NCBI GenBank assembly: GCA_033442325.1
Contig: JAWQFM010000002.1
Location: 1,626,307-1,690,306 of the forward strand
Origin: Salpingoeca rosetta
Lineage: Eukaryota; Protista; Choanoflagellata
Length of the DNA stretch: 64,000 nucleotides
Direction of reading: 5' to 3'
Under the pieces are notes generated by a model that worked only from the letters and a program-made list of their open reading frames with translations, ran no database searches and was not told the origin of the DNA. Of the stretch, positions 12,901 to 26,800 are shown in pieces (within the stretch, counting starts at the first letter, position 1; every line of letters starts with the position of its first letter). Made by a program: the position numbers and the translations under genes.

Positions 12901-15860
12901 GCTTGATCTCAGGCAACTCCTGCCATTTACGCGTTTGCGATTGGTCGGTTAATTGGAAGGTGATGTGAGCGGAACAGGGCACTTTTATGCAGGTGCACTG
13001 ATCCGACATGAACACACACGCGCATGTGAAACACACAACACTCACATCATACACATAGCACACATAACTCTCACCACACACCCACACACACACACACACG
13101 CACAAACACACACAACACGCACCTCGACGTTTTCGACACCCGACGCATCGCGGGCGATGAGGATGGCGCGGAGACGCTGGACAGCGCGGTTGATGATGAA
13201 GTCCGTCACGTTCTCCGCAGCGGTGCTCACCTGTGGCCAGAGGAACAGGGCGGCGGTAGGGGGAAGGGGAGGAAGGATCACATGTGAATGAAGACCCATT
13301 GTGAACGAAGATGTGAAACCATGTGCGAACGAAGACGACTTTGGAGAGCAAGCATGCGCACATGCACCACACGCGCACGTACATACACACACGCACGTGT
13401 CCATGCACATACACCCATACACACCTGCTGTGCGGCGGCGTTCATGACGTGGTTGCAGGCAGAGTCAGCAACCGCAGTCACCACTACAAGAGCAATTGTC
13501 AAGAGTAACACCGCCACCATGGTTGCACGGTGAGCAACACGAGCAAGGAAGGATGCCAGACTTATTCGGTAGCAAGTGACAACAAGACACGGATGGCAAA
13601 ACCAAAGCCAGCAAACACCACGGCACGTGGTACGCACCGAGCTCCTTGCAGAGGGTGTCGTGGTCCTCCTTGGTTGGGCGGAACAGATCGTCAAGACTCT
13701 CGCCAGCAGCGGCCTGCACGCGCACGCGAGAAGAGGTGCAGTGAGCACATGGGGCCGTGCGTGAGACTGGCGTAGCGCATGGGGGAAAGCAAAACCATAG
13801 GAAACTCACCACCACACACATACACACACACACATACACACACATACACACACATTCGCGCGCGCACACACGCACATATACACACTCACGCACATACACA
13901 CAGAGAGCACGCACCTCTGTGGCAGCGTAGAGCTCCTGCACGCTTGTGTTGAGCATGGTGCTGAGGGAGGCGGCGAGGTCGCCACCAAAGTCGGCAAACT
14001 TGTGGGCAAGCTCGCCCGTCAACGTCTCCTCAAGCTCGCGTTGCACTGCAGAGTATGTGCCAGCCAGCATGAGGGTCAGTTGGGGTGAGTTGGAGCGACA
14101 AAAAAGTGTGACGAATAGAGGCTTACACACATGCACACAAACGCACACAAATGCACATGCACACACCCACGCATACCTTTAAAGACGGTGCCGGAAGCGC
14201 GGACGGTAGTCGATGCGTTTGCCAGCGCCTCGTCCTTCTCTTGGCCATCCTGTAAGCAGGCACGCCACCAGGGCGACAAAACAAGACCGGGAAGCAGGCA
14301 TGAGACGTGCGGTGTATGCATTTGCATCACATTGCATGACATGCGCGCTGGCATTGTAGGCCGCCTCTTCGAAACGTTCCTGTCAACTGTCACCTCAAGT
14401 TGCCAATCAACAACAATCGACAATGACCACCAGCACGGCAGATGTGATCATGGTTGACACGGAACAAACCAGCGCACCTCGCACACGGTGGAGACTTGGT
14501 CAACGAGCGTGGCCAGCAACCGCGCCTTCGACGATGATGAGTCGGCCACCACCGTCGTCTTGGCAGCAGAGAGGTGGCGCGAGGGACTGTGATTCTGCGC
14601 GAGCGAGGCCTGGATGTCATTGAGGGTGGCGACGAGGGACGGGGATGCCTTGGACAGGGCCGAGCCAATGTCGTTGAACGGCAGGGGAAAGCGCTTGAGT
14701 GTCTTGTTCGTGCGCAGTGCGGACGCAATCTCGCGCAGCCCCGTCTCAGATACGCCGTTCTCGTCCATCCGCACTTCCTCCAGCGTCTGCAGGGCACAAT
14801 TTGGGGGGGGGGGGTATGTGCGTATGTGATTGAGTGAGTGTACGTGTGTGTATGTGATTGAGCATGTTAACGTAATGCGTGTGTGTACGCGCAGCATGAT
14901 GCGTGCACGTGTATCATCTCAGTCAAGAGCGGCCCTGCCAAACGGATGGTTCACACTTCTTTGCGCCATGGGTGTGACACAGCACCACAGCACCTGGTTG
15001 TAGTGGAGCATGCTGGCGACCTGGCGAATACCGCAGTCCCCAAGCATGTTTCCAGACACGTCCAGCCACTGCGCACGCACACATGGGAGATGGAGAAGTG
15101 CAAGGGAGTGCGGAGGTGGAATGAACGCGATGTGATGGGTTGGGTTTCCAGGCGATAAACAGGAGACAATACAAGCGTAGTTTCATCACCAACGACCGCA
15201 GCCACCTCCACCACCACCAGCAGTACCACCGCCATTGTAAAGCAGCGCGTGACCGTACCTCGATGGTGGTGTTGTGTCCCAGTGCGGGCAGGATCTTACA
15301 AAAGTCCGTCTTCAGCTTGAGATGGCTCAGATCGAGCTCGGCAATGCCCTGCGCACGCATTTGCAGATGAACACACACACACACACACAGTTAAGTGTCA
15401 TGATGGCACAGTGTCAAGCACGCATGATTTCACACACGACCAAAGGACGCGACCAAGGGAAATGGCATGTGTCCGCACCAGAGATCCCTGGAAGAGCGTG
15501 CGCAGCGCCATGAGCGTTTTCTCCGCCGTCTTCGCCTTGCCGAGGTTGTGGCTAACGTCCAAGCGCTGGTGCACAGCAGCAAAGCCAGGCATGTACCGAA
15601 GGCAAGTGTCATAGGCACGTGTGCATGCATGTGTGAATGGGGGTGGGGCGTGAATTGCGCGAATGCGATGGGCAACAATGCACGCGACAGGCGATGCAAG
15701 CACCCACAATAGCGCCGTCGCCGCTGCACGAAACATAGTATGAGAGAGCACACAACCAAACGACAGGAGCAGTGCTCCCTACCCTGAGTGTTTTGCTGTT
15801 GGAGGAAGCGGCACCAATCAGCCTGGACAGGCCCGTGTCGCCAAAGTCTAAACATCACAT

Positions 15861-15908
<48 letters not shown>

Positions 15909-17249
15909 TGAGCGCAGCGGTGAAGGCTAGAGGTGATGAGGTGAGATTCCACGTTATCCTGAACCGGGAAACGGCCGAGCAAGGTACAGAGAGGAAACGT
16001 GCACTTCGTGTGCACTTCGTGTGCATTTCGTGTGCATTTCGTGTGCATTTCGTGTGCATTCATGTGCATGTGCACTCGTATGCATGTGTGCATTTGTGCG
16101 TATGCGCAACAACACTGCTTGTTCTTGTTGTTCTCCTCCCCTCTCCTCCTTGCCCGTTCAAGAGCAGCGAACCGTTTGCGCTGATGTCCAGGGCCACGAC
16201 GCATGCGAGGCGCGGCAGCGTGTGGTGGATGACGTCCACACACCCATCGTCGCTGCCAAGGTCGCAGTGCGCGAGGTTGAGCGACACGTTCGACAGCAGC
16301 GGGTTGTCCGCCAGCGCATCTGCAGCACAATGGAAGGAGGTGTGCGTGCGTGTGTGCGTGTGTCCGTGTGTGCGTGCGTGTGTGCGTGCGTGCGTGTGTG
16401 TGCGTGTGCGTGTGTGTGTGCGTGTGTAACATAAGTGCGTGTGCTTGTGTAACACAAGTACGTGTCTGTGACGTGCAAGCATTGTGTCGAACGTAAACTG
16501 TCGTACAGGCGCACGAAAGAGAACGAAGCAAAACAACACTGTGACACATCCATAGGAGTGCGCAACAAACACAATGCCAACAAACACAATGCACCACCGC
16601 TGTCATGCGCACCGAGAATGGCCTTGAGGGCGTCCTTGGGCAACTTGCAACCTGCGAGGGAGAGGTGCGTCAGGCACGGCGACCGCTGGAAAAACGCAAT
16701 CGCATTCGGCTGCAGCCGCGTCGTTTTCCTGTTGGGAAGAGGAGGGGGGGGGGCGGATGTGCGCGAGGGAGGATGAAACGCAGGGTGAGATTGCGTGCAA
16801 TGTGTGGTGGGGGTTGGGCATAGGTGTACAGCGTGCACGTCGAAGTCGTCGTGCGTTAACACGGGTGGGTGCAACTTGCATTTCAACGCACACACACACA
16901 CGCGCGCGCGCGCAATGAACACGATCACAATGACACACACAGACACACACACACAGACACACACACACACACACCTTGCTGAGAACTTGCAGTCGGCGAG
17001 CTTGAGCACAGCGAGGTGTTCAAAGATGGACGTGCCAAGCGTGGTCAGCACGGCTTCAAGGCTGCATCCCGTGTTCGACACGTCAAGGTGACTCAGCACA
17101 TTGCTGCCGGACAACAGGTCCGCAACCGCCGTCACGCCATCCTGCAGGCCACCACAAATATATACGGCGTGGCAGCGGTGAGTTTGAGAGTAGGGGTGGT
17201 TGTGGTGTACCACCTAACACAACAAGCGACACACGAGCACGCGTGCCTT

Positions 17250-17283
<34 letters not shown>

Positions 17284-17746
17284 GCACACACACACACAAA
17301 GCACACACACACAAAGCACACACACACACATACACACACACACAAAGCACATGGGCACAGAACATGACACACACGCACGCACAACAGAATAAAACACAAA
17401 CACACAGAACAACAACACACACAACGACGCACCTGCCCGATGTTGTTTCCGCTGACGTCAATGATCTGAAGACTGGTTGCGGAGCGCTTGTTTGCACAGA
17501 GGGCGCGGGCAAGCGGCGCGGCGGCCTTGGAGGACATGCCGACAGACGCGAGATGCAGTTCACGCACACCCAGGATCAGCGTCTCGATGGACGCGGCCAG
17601 CTCAAGTACAACACCGTCGCCCAGGCTGTGGGGGTGGTGGGGATGGTGCGTGGTGGAGTGGTGGCGGTGATTAGGCGGGAAGGTGCGTTAGCGAGAAAGA
17701 AGCGTGCGAGAGCACGCCGTTTTGTTGTAGCTCTCCCTCCCACACT

Positions 17747-17811
<65 letters not shown>

Positions 17812-18145
17812 ACACACACGTGCACACACACGTGCACACACACACACACATGCGTGCGCACCTGTTTTCGCTAAAGTCGATGTGGCTGATGGACTGGCGC
17901 CTGTTGCTGCCGAGGGCGTGGCAGAGGCGGGACCAAAACTTGGTGTCGGCCTGGATGTGGCGCAGCGTCAGCCGCTGCACGTGGCACGTGCGACGAACCA
18001 GCGACACCAACGCATCCAACGTCTCCGTGGACTGCCGCATTGGGGGGAGTGATGGGTATCGTGAGGATGGTAGTCATGATGGTGGTGATTCGAGGGGTGG
18101 GTGCTTGCACACACGAGAACATATAGCACACACGAGAACATATAG

Positions 18146-18179
<34 letters not shown>

Positions 18180-19787
18180 CACACACACGCACACACGCGC
18201 GCGCATACATGCACACACACACAAACACACGCACACACGCGCGCGCGTACATGCACACACACACACAAACACACACACACACACACACCAGTTTGACGTT
18301 CTTGATGACGACGGAGGTGAACCACGAGTTGTGCAGAAGGGCGGTGATGAGCGCGGGCGCAAAGCTGACCGTTAACACCATTCCCATCAAAGCGATGCAG
18401 GCATCACCACAGCGTGAGATATGAGGCGATGCACATTCACGTGAACGGTGAACCGTGTGCAAGTTCATTCACGTTCTCCGTCCCGCCACACCTCAACCAA
18501 AACGCAGCAACTGCGCACAGCACCGACCACGCCGACGTGCGTTTCACCGTATTCGCTACGCACCCATCCTGCAAGAGGTGGAAGTCGTCGGCAACAAACT
18601 CGCGTTGGCGAGAGGTGTGGTAGCGCTCAATCAGCTCCTCCATCCCGGGAAAGATGCTGCCGATGCCGTGGTAGTCGCACGCCACCTTGAATGCCTTTAC
18701 AAACCCGCCTGCAAAGCCACAACGTCGGAAGGTTGTGATGGTGAGCGCGTGAGCGTAAGCGTGTGAAGGTTGTGTGTATATGTGTGTGTATGTGTGTGTA
18801 TGGGGGGGGGGGGCACAAGTTGGTTAGCATGCGTGCGTGCGTGCGTGTGTGTGTGTGTGTGTGTGGATGAGGACGTGGATGCAATTGAGCTCGTGCTGCT
18901 GCTTGACCACAAAGGGTGGTTAGGTGGGCGGTGATGTCAGTGGATGGGCCACCACGAAAACCCGTTACTTGCGGCGGTAGGAGTTGCCAGTTGCACTTGC
19001 GAGCACAAAACAGACAATACTGCACGACGGCTTGCGTACCGCATGGCTGTGGCGTGTCTGTGGAAACGCGTGGGATCTTTGCGGGAATGTTGCAGTTGAG
19101 GATGTTGCTGAGGGACGCGTGCGGGAAGATGCGCCTCAGGAGTGCGTAGATGGCCGTCACAAACACAGACGGCTGAGCTTCAACGTTGGCCAGAAGCCAC
19201 TCCTGGTTCATGCCAGTGATGCGAATGGCCTGTACGCACAGCATGGATGTGTGTGTGTGTGTGTGCGTGTGTATTTGCATTTGCGGGTGTGGGTGCATTT
19301 GCGTGTGTGTATTTGTGTGTGTGGGTGTGTGTTTGCGCGTGTGTGTGTTTCCGTGCAGGCGCCGTCATTTCACATGGAAGAAACAAAAGCACACACACAC
19401 ACACACACACAACACATAACACATAACACACGCGCATACAGTCACACACATACAGTCGCATACACATACACGACGCACAACACACAACACACGCCCATAC
19501 AGTCACACACACACAACACACACAACACATACACATACACGACGCACATGTACCTGTTCGTTGCCGTGGGTGACGGCGTTGATGGAGATGACATCAAGGA
19601 TGTGCATGGTGGTCTCGATTTTGCCTCCTTTTGGGGCGATGAGGTGGAGGGATGCCTGGTGCAGCGCCAGCACAACATCGCGGCGCTTGTCTTTCTCCAC
19701 GTGGGTGACGTGCTTTGTCTTTGTGACAAACGCCGCCTTGACGGCGCTTTTCAGCGCTGCGGCTGCAATGTCGCCTGCGCTCGCCAT
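9964..19787 (-). CDS. CARMIL: CARMIL/LRRC16-type capping protein regulator (PH-like, LRR, dimerisation region, CPI motif, acidic/Pro-rich tail), ~20 exons
   Basis: N-terminal PH-like exon [14 protein letters not shown]..; linker [15 protein letters not shown]; [18 protein letters not shown]; RI-type LRRs ([50 protein letters not shown]); CPI motif [19 protein letters not shown] at ~12437-12493; Pro-rich last exon ending ..ALSVDESS* at 9964. Confidence 0.9.
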
Positions 19788-20305
19788 GGCTTTCCCCTCC
19801 GCGTTGGGTGTGCTGATGTGGCACCTGCCTATTCCTCAGCACCAGCGGTCCTTGAACAAAGTCTGAGAGCTGTCCTTGGGCTGGTGGGTGGTGTATTTGA
19901 AGAAGGTGGTGGTCGTGTTGTTTGTTGTTGGTGTTTGGCTTCTTGTTGGAGTGCGCTGAATGTGCACACGATATTCTATGCAAATCTTAAACCAGAATTC
20001 CGCACCCAAAGATAGAGAGGACGCAAGCGAGGGAAGCAAGTGTTGCACGTCGTCCTGCTTTGTCTCCATACTTCTTACTTTGCGGTGTGTTGTCTGTTGT
20101 CTGTTGTTGTATTGTGTTCGCCTTGGCATGCATGATGCGTGTGCTCGCACGGAAAATAATAAGGAAAACAACAGAAGAGAGGGTGGCTACCCTTGCAGCG
20201 TGACCGCACTTGCATTGGAAGTCGAAGCTGTGGGAAGCAAGCAAAGAAAAAACACAAAAACACAACCATCGTGCACTCGCGTTCACACGCGTCCGCACAC
20301 ACTAG

Positions 20306-20364
<59 letters not shown>

Positions 20365-20394
20365 GCACGCACACGCGCGTAAACATGCGCAGTG

Positions 20395-21020
20395 TCATTG
20401 GTTGTCGTAGTAGCGCTTCTTCATGTCGCGGTACTTTCGCAACTTGATGGCGGGCACAAATTCGTTGTTGAAGTACCATCTCCCGCGCGCAACCGCGTGC
20501 AACACTTCCTCCTCCGTTTTCAGGTCCTTATTCGCCATAAACTCTTGCTGTGTTGCGTGCGTGCGTGTGTGTGTGCGTGCGTGCGTGCGTGCGTGCGTGT
20601 GTGTGTGAGGACCTGGTGGTTGCAGGAGAGAAGAAGGAAGACGAGCAACACACATGCACATTCACACACACACACACATTCACACATGCACATTCACATA
20701 TGCACAAGCACACACACATGCACAAGCACTCACACACATTCATATACAAGGCTCACACTCATCCACAAGCACACGCACATAAACACACACACACACACAA
20801 GCGCTCACATACATAAACACACACAAGCACATAAACACACACACACACAAGCGCTCACATACATAAACACACACAAGCACATAAACACACAGGAGCGCAC
20901 CTTCACCCTTCGTCGAACAACGTCCAGGCCAGCTGGATAGTCCTTGCCTGCAAATATGTATCGCTTGTACAACTCCCGCACCGCAGGGTGCATCCCCAAG
21001 CACGTGCGCATCATCCGCAT
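20395..21020 (-). CDS. ETFRF1: LYR-motif protein 5 / ETF regulatory factor 1 (mitochondrial)
   Basis: Two exons, 20901-21020 (..VRELYKRYIFAGKDYPAGLDVVRRRVK) and 20395-20547 (QEFMANKDL..LRKYRDMKKRYYDNQ*), matching LYRM5 LYK..G.DYP.G and LRKYR.MK.RY motifs. Confidence 0.9.
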
Positions 21021-21764
21021 GGCTGACGCGCGAGTGTGTGTGGAAGCAATCAAAACACTCCTCACAGCCAGCTAGTGCAGTGTCAAATCACACAGTCACA
21101 CACAACCACCCTCAGTCTGAACGTATCCCAGTGTTGTCACACTCACACACACAGTCACACAATGAAAGATGTGTGACGTGGCGACCGCGAAACAATGCGT
21201 GTTTCGTCGAGTCAGCACCACTCCCGCATCAGCACCAGCAGCAGTCGTTGTTTTTGTTTGGGTTTGTTTTTTTTTCGTCCACGAGAGGAAAATCACACAA
21301 ACACCACACACGCAGGGCTTTCCCTTCTTCTTCTTCTTTGCTTGTTGCTTGTTGCTTTGACGTTGTTAAGATCAGAAGCCGGCTGTTCAGGCGCGTGAGT
21401 GAGTTGTGTGACACATTGCACGGCACGAATTGCAGACAGGACGGACAGCGCATGCGCACGCACCACGTCCACACATCACACAATCATCACACTTTCACGA
21501 CCCGGGGCCTTTATCTAACTTATTCCCGTGTGCTCAGCAGCCAGCACCCATATCTTTCGAACTTCTTGCTGTGTCAATAGTTGCAGCAAGCGCTCAGGCT
21601 TGCTCTAAGAGCCCAAACTTCTTTCTTCTCCCCGTTTCTGTAACTGTCGCCCCCCCCCCCTCTCTCTCTCTCTGCAAACGAAATCGAGTGCGCTGCGGAC
21701 GCCGCTCTCAATCTCAGCCGTCTGGGAAGCGGCGCGCTGCCCTTGTCAGACCTCCACTCCCATC

Positions 21765-23000
21765 ATGAAGTGGCTTCTCTCATACCTGGGCTTTGACAAG
21801 CTGACCGCCATCTTCAGAAAGCATGTCGCCCGGTTTGCCGTTCACAAAAGCCTCGGAAAGGTCCGGCTCATATGACATACGTATTGACATCAAGTGCCAC
21901 GGCACCGCGAACAGCGAGCAGTCGTCTGCTAACTAACTAATGCTGCTTCCTCTCTGTTGAGCGGCCTTCTGCTCGCAGCAAGTCCTTGCTACCTGTTTAA
22001 ATTTGTTTGAAGTGTGGATGCTCACGGCGTTTGTGTGGCTTGGCCTGCTCATCGCGTGCGATCACAGTTCCTCAAGTACAAGGTACACTTGGAACAAATC
22101 GAGACAACAAACTCAGATACCTTCTCGCTCGTTGGATTGGAACTGGATCCAAAGGTGCGTCCTGTGCTTTAACTTTCTCCAATGGCACGCGATTCCAGTC
22201 GACAACCTTCATCTGCGTGGTGATGAGAGGGTTCCCTGATCAGCTCTCGTGACTCATCATCATCATCACCACCACCACCACCACCATGGTAATCGCTTCT
22301 CTCTCTTGTCCCCTCACACAACTCTCTCGCTCTCTTTGTTGCCAACATGTGCTCTGTCATCACCGCCGCCATCGCAGTACCTGAACCAGCTCTTGTCCGA
22401 TGCCGGCATCCATGTTGTGTACGGCTACATCGGCTCCGTGGAGGGAATGATCCCATACAACGTAAGTGCAACTGATAATGGCTGGCGACAGAAAGGAGAA
22501 ATGAATTACTACCCAAGTCACCCTCCCCTTCCTTGTGTGGCTTCAATGTCAATCGCAGCTGCGGTGTGGTGCGGTGCGACCGTTACGCTGTTCCGTGCTG
22601 CCGCTGCTGCAACTGCCACCCTGCTGCCCACGCTCCCTGCTTTGACGAAACAGGGACGTGGAAGCGCACAGTCACTAACGCTATCGCTCACCGTTACTAA
22701 CGCGCATATTGGGTGGTGATGCTCATTGGACTTTTTGGTTGCCGCCAAAAACACACATTCCATCAGAGCCTTTTGGAGGAAGGATGCAGCATCACGGTGA
22801 ATAACATCGACCTTGTGCTGGCCCCACAGCCTGGCGCGCACAACCTGCCGGAGACATCTGAGCTTGTGCAACGCATGGAGGATCGGTTCAACTCGTTCCA
22901 ACAGGAGCTGGCGGCTGAGGTGGACAGCGCCGCGCAGGAGGAAGGCGTCGATGTGCCCACCCCGCTCCCGCGCCAGTACTCCGAGGATGGCTCAGAAGAG

Positions 23001-23031
<31 letters not shown>

Positions 23032-23372
23032 TGTGTGGGTGTGTGTGGGTGTGTGTGGGTGTGTGTGGGTGTGTGTGGGTGTGTGTTTGCATGGTCGAGC
23101 GTGTGTATGTGTGCTTGCATGGTCGAGCGTGTGTTGAATGCCATTGGCATACAGACAGCTGAACGTGGCCGTTGATGCGCCCGTGCCGTGTATGCCGGTG
23201 GCCATGTGCGTTCTCATCATTGCACGTGTTCCCTCACCACTGCACGTTCCTGCCGTTGCACGTGTTCCCACGCCAGCGAGAGGAAGGTCTGGACGCCCTC
23301 ACTTACTTGGTCAAGTCCATCATGTCACGCATGACAGCAAAAGTCATCAACCTCAGGGTGCGTCACCATCAG

Positions 23373-23406
<34 letters not shown>

Positions 23407-23756
23407 TGTCCCTGTCTTCCGCTCCCTCCCCCGTTTCCCGTTCCCGTTTCCCTCTCCCCTCTCTCTTTCCCTCTGCTCATTCCCAGCACCATGTTTCCCC
23501 TTGGTTTGCCACATTGCCGGCTGCAGATTTATATGCTGGCGGAGCCACCCAGCGAAGATGAGGAAGGCGATGAGGATGAGGAGCAAAACAGCAGCACGGA
23601 AGGAACGGCTCGCCATGGCGGAGATGGGGCATCGAACGACGACGCAGCGAACAAGAAAACGCCGGCGCTCCTGCTTCATGTGCAGTCCATCACACTCAAA
23701 GACACGACCGAACACACCAGCGCACCCACCCGCGACAACGACCAGCTCAAGGTGCG

Positions 23757-23811
<55 letters not shown>

Positions 23812-26800
23812 AGAGGGAGGGGTGTTGATGGTCCGCTTTTGGGTATGCTCCTTGTTTGCACAACCACGAACGCCCAGCTCATACACACACACACATACAC
23901 ACACACACAATCACATTACCCCCGCCGCCAGATGGACGTTGCTGTATCGCCCGAAACGCACAAGGAGATTGTGATTGGCGGATTTGCGCTGCGGTATGTG
24001 GAGGCAGAGGGCGGCATCACGGAGTCGTTTCTCGAGAGCGAGGACGCGCTGGGGACTGTCGTCATGCAGAGCTGCAGCATCAACTCCCTGCAGCAGCACG
24101 ACATTGTCAACCTCCTCATCCGCTCACAGCCGGGACCAGACCAATGCAAGGTGCGGCTGCACCGTCTTGACACTCGGCTGTGTCAATGTGTATGTGTGTG
24201 GTGTCAATGTGTATGTGTGTGTGGTGTCAATGTGTGTGTGTGCGTGTGTGATTGCGTCCCACACACGCCAACATCAGCAACCGTGTGCTCATTTCCAATG
24301 CTTGACACTTGTGGCTTCCATGATGCTACTGCTGCCGTTGCTGCAGATGGAAGTGAGTGGTGTGCTGCACGACATTCGCGGCGTGTTTGACCCGTCTGTC
24401 CTGTCGCGTGTGTCTGCAATCGCCACAGCGTTCTCTTCATCGTCGTCGTCCTCTTCGCCCGCTACTGACAATCCAGCCTCAGCAGGTGTGTGTGTGTGTG
24501 TGTGTGTGCGTGGTGTGTGCCCTGTTGAGAGGCCCTGGCTGTTGACGGCGTCGCTTGACCCTGCGCCTTGCATGCCCAACCGCTCCCTCCTGCATTCATC
24601 CTCGTCAACTTTGCTGTGCGTTGCAGAAGAATTCGAAGGCGCATCGTCTCGCAAACAATCACGCCGAAAGGCCATTCAGGTGCGTGTATACACGCACACA
24701 CACACGCATACATCAACTAGTCCCACGCTGTTCTGTAGCATGGCTGCGTGACTTGTTACAGATTGCGTTTGCTTGACTTGCTTGTGTGTTACGGGACCGT
24801 TTCCACGGTGTTTGCTTGCTTTTCTGTTTGCACTCAAGACAATGTACCTCCAATCACCACTTACGCGCGCGCACACACACACACCACTCCTCCCCCAACA
24901 TATACATGGTCTACAGTGCCAGCTGCGTGTACGCCAGCTGTTGCTGTCAACGGCGTATGCGCGAGAGGCCGACGTCCTTCACAGCGAAGCCACCGGCATC
25001 CTGGCAGCGACGACGGCTGGGCTAACGGCATCAGCAGATGATCTGCACCACTACAAGCACGCCATGCCAGCGGAATCACTTCTCACGTGGCTGCGGCAAA
25101 TTACCGTGGACGTGAGCATTGGCGATCCAACGCGCACAGAGACCCGCATTGCAATCAGGGACGCGGCTGCCGTGGAGTTTAGCCCAAACCATCCCCACGA
25201 CGATGAGGGCACAGGTGGCAGCCCCACTGTCGCGAATTCCAGCAACCATGTCGTCGCAGAACAAGCAGCGGATGCACAAAGCAATGAAGCCGGCAGTGTT
25301 GACAGCGCTTCTCGAGATGTTGGAGCCCCCCTGCCAAATGGATGGGCCACTGTGCTTTCGTTCCTTCCCCGCGTCACCTGCGAATACGGACACGGTGATG
25401 GTGATGGTGATGGTGACGCCGACGATGGCGTCAACGGCTCCACCCTCGGCGAAATGCACGCGTCTCAGGCATCTGTCTCCACCGTCACAGCTTCAACAGC
25501 AACAGCAACAGCAACAACAACAACAGCGGCAAGAGTGAGAAGCGCGCATCGCAGTGCGAGGTCAGAAGTGTCGGGCACGACGCTCTCTTCCAACACAGAG
25601 ACGCTGTCTACTTCAAGCACGGGCCACGTGACGGCTGCCGTTGTGGGTGATGGCCACGATGACCAGGCAGCGGCTGCGCAGACGGCTGCAGAGCGCATGG
25701 CGTCATCACTCTTTGTGAGCCAGGACCCCGTGATTGACATTGTGATATCGAGTACCAAAGGCGCGCAGGGTGGCGCGGCAGAACGTTACGCCCATGCAAC
25801 CGCTTCTGAACAGCCCGCATCGTCCACTGACAAAGGTTCAAGGACTTCCAAAAAGTCCAGGGGCTCACAGAAGGGTCACCGCGACGAGAGCAGCCTTCTG
25901 GCTGGGCGAGCATTTGCCCCTCGTGTTGGTGGCACGACGACAGTGCCTGTTGCTGACGGCGCCATGCACATTACACTTGGGCGCACGCTGTGCACGGCAG
26001 ATGTCACCATCATAGATCGCTTGCACTATGTGCTGGACAGCCTTTCCTCGTCCTCCTCGTCCTCGTCTGCCAGGAGCGAGCAGTGTACTGCCGATGCGCG
26101 CCATGATGACGATGGCAGCGCGAGTGGAAATGCGGGAATAACCGACGCGGAGGGCATGGATGACGCGGGCGATGAAGACCGCGAGAAGGAAATGCGAGAT
26201 AGGGCAACCAGCCGACGTAACAACAAGGGCGCCGGCATCATCATCCACGCCCCCGAGTTTCGGCTGTTGTTCCAGCCTGCAACGCCACATATCGTGAAGC
26301 GGCCCAAGCAGCCCACAGCACCGGGCGTCCCTCCGCCCGTGCCGTCGTATCGGCAGGACGCTTTCGCCGTTACGCTCCGGGACATGACGCTTGCGCTGCA
26401 GCCCTCGGCGCGCCTGTCCCTGCTTGATTCCCTGGCAGCGGCGCGGGGTTGGGCGCGTGCGTATGCGAACACGGACGCGTTCATGGCGTCACGCGACGCT
26501 GCCCGCTACGCACAGACGCTTGTGGAGACGTGGGCGGCGCACGTGCTGTCCGCGCTGCGCATTGACGTCGACTTCAACAAACTTGTGCTGTCACTTGCTG
26601 GCGGCTTTTCGGCGCGAGAAGCCGATCTTCCTCTCGTGGTGATGGAGTCGACAATGCGCCCACCGCCGCCACATCAACCAGCCACACCCGCAACGCCAGC
26701 ACCATCGGTAAAACCAACAACAACAGCAGCAACAACGCGGACAAAGGCAACAAGTGCGCCTAAACCCTCGCAGCAGCGCTGTCACTTGTCTGTTCGGGTG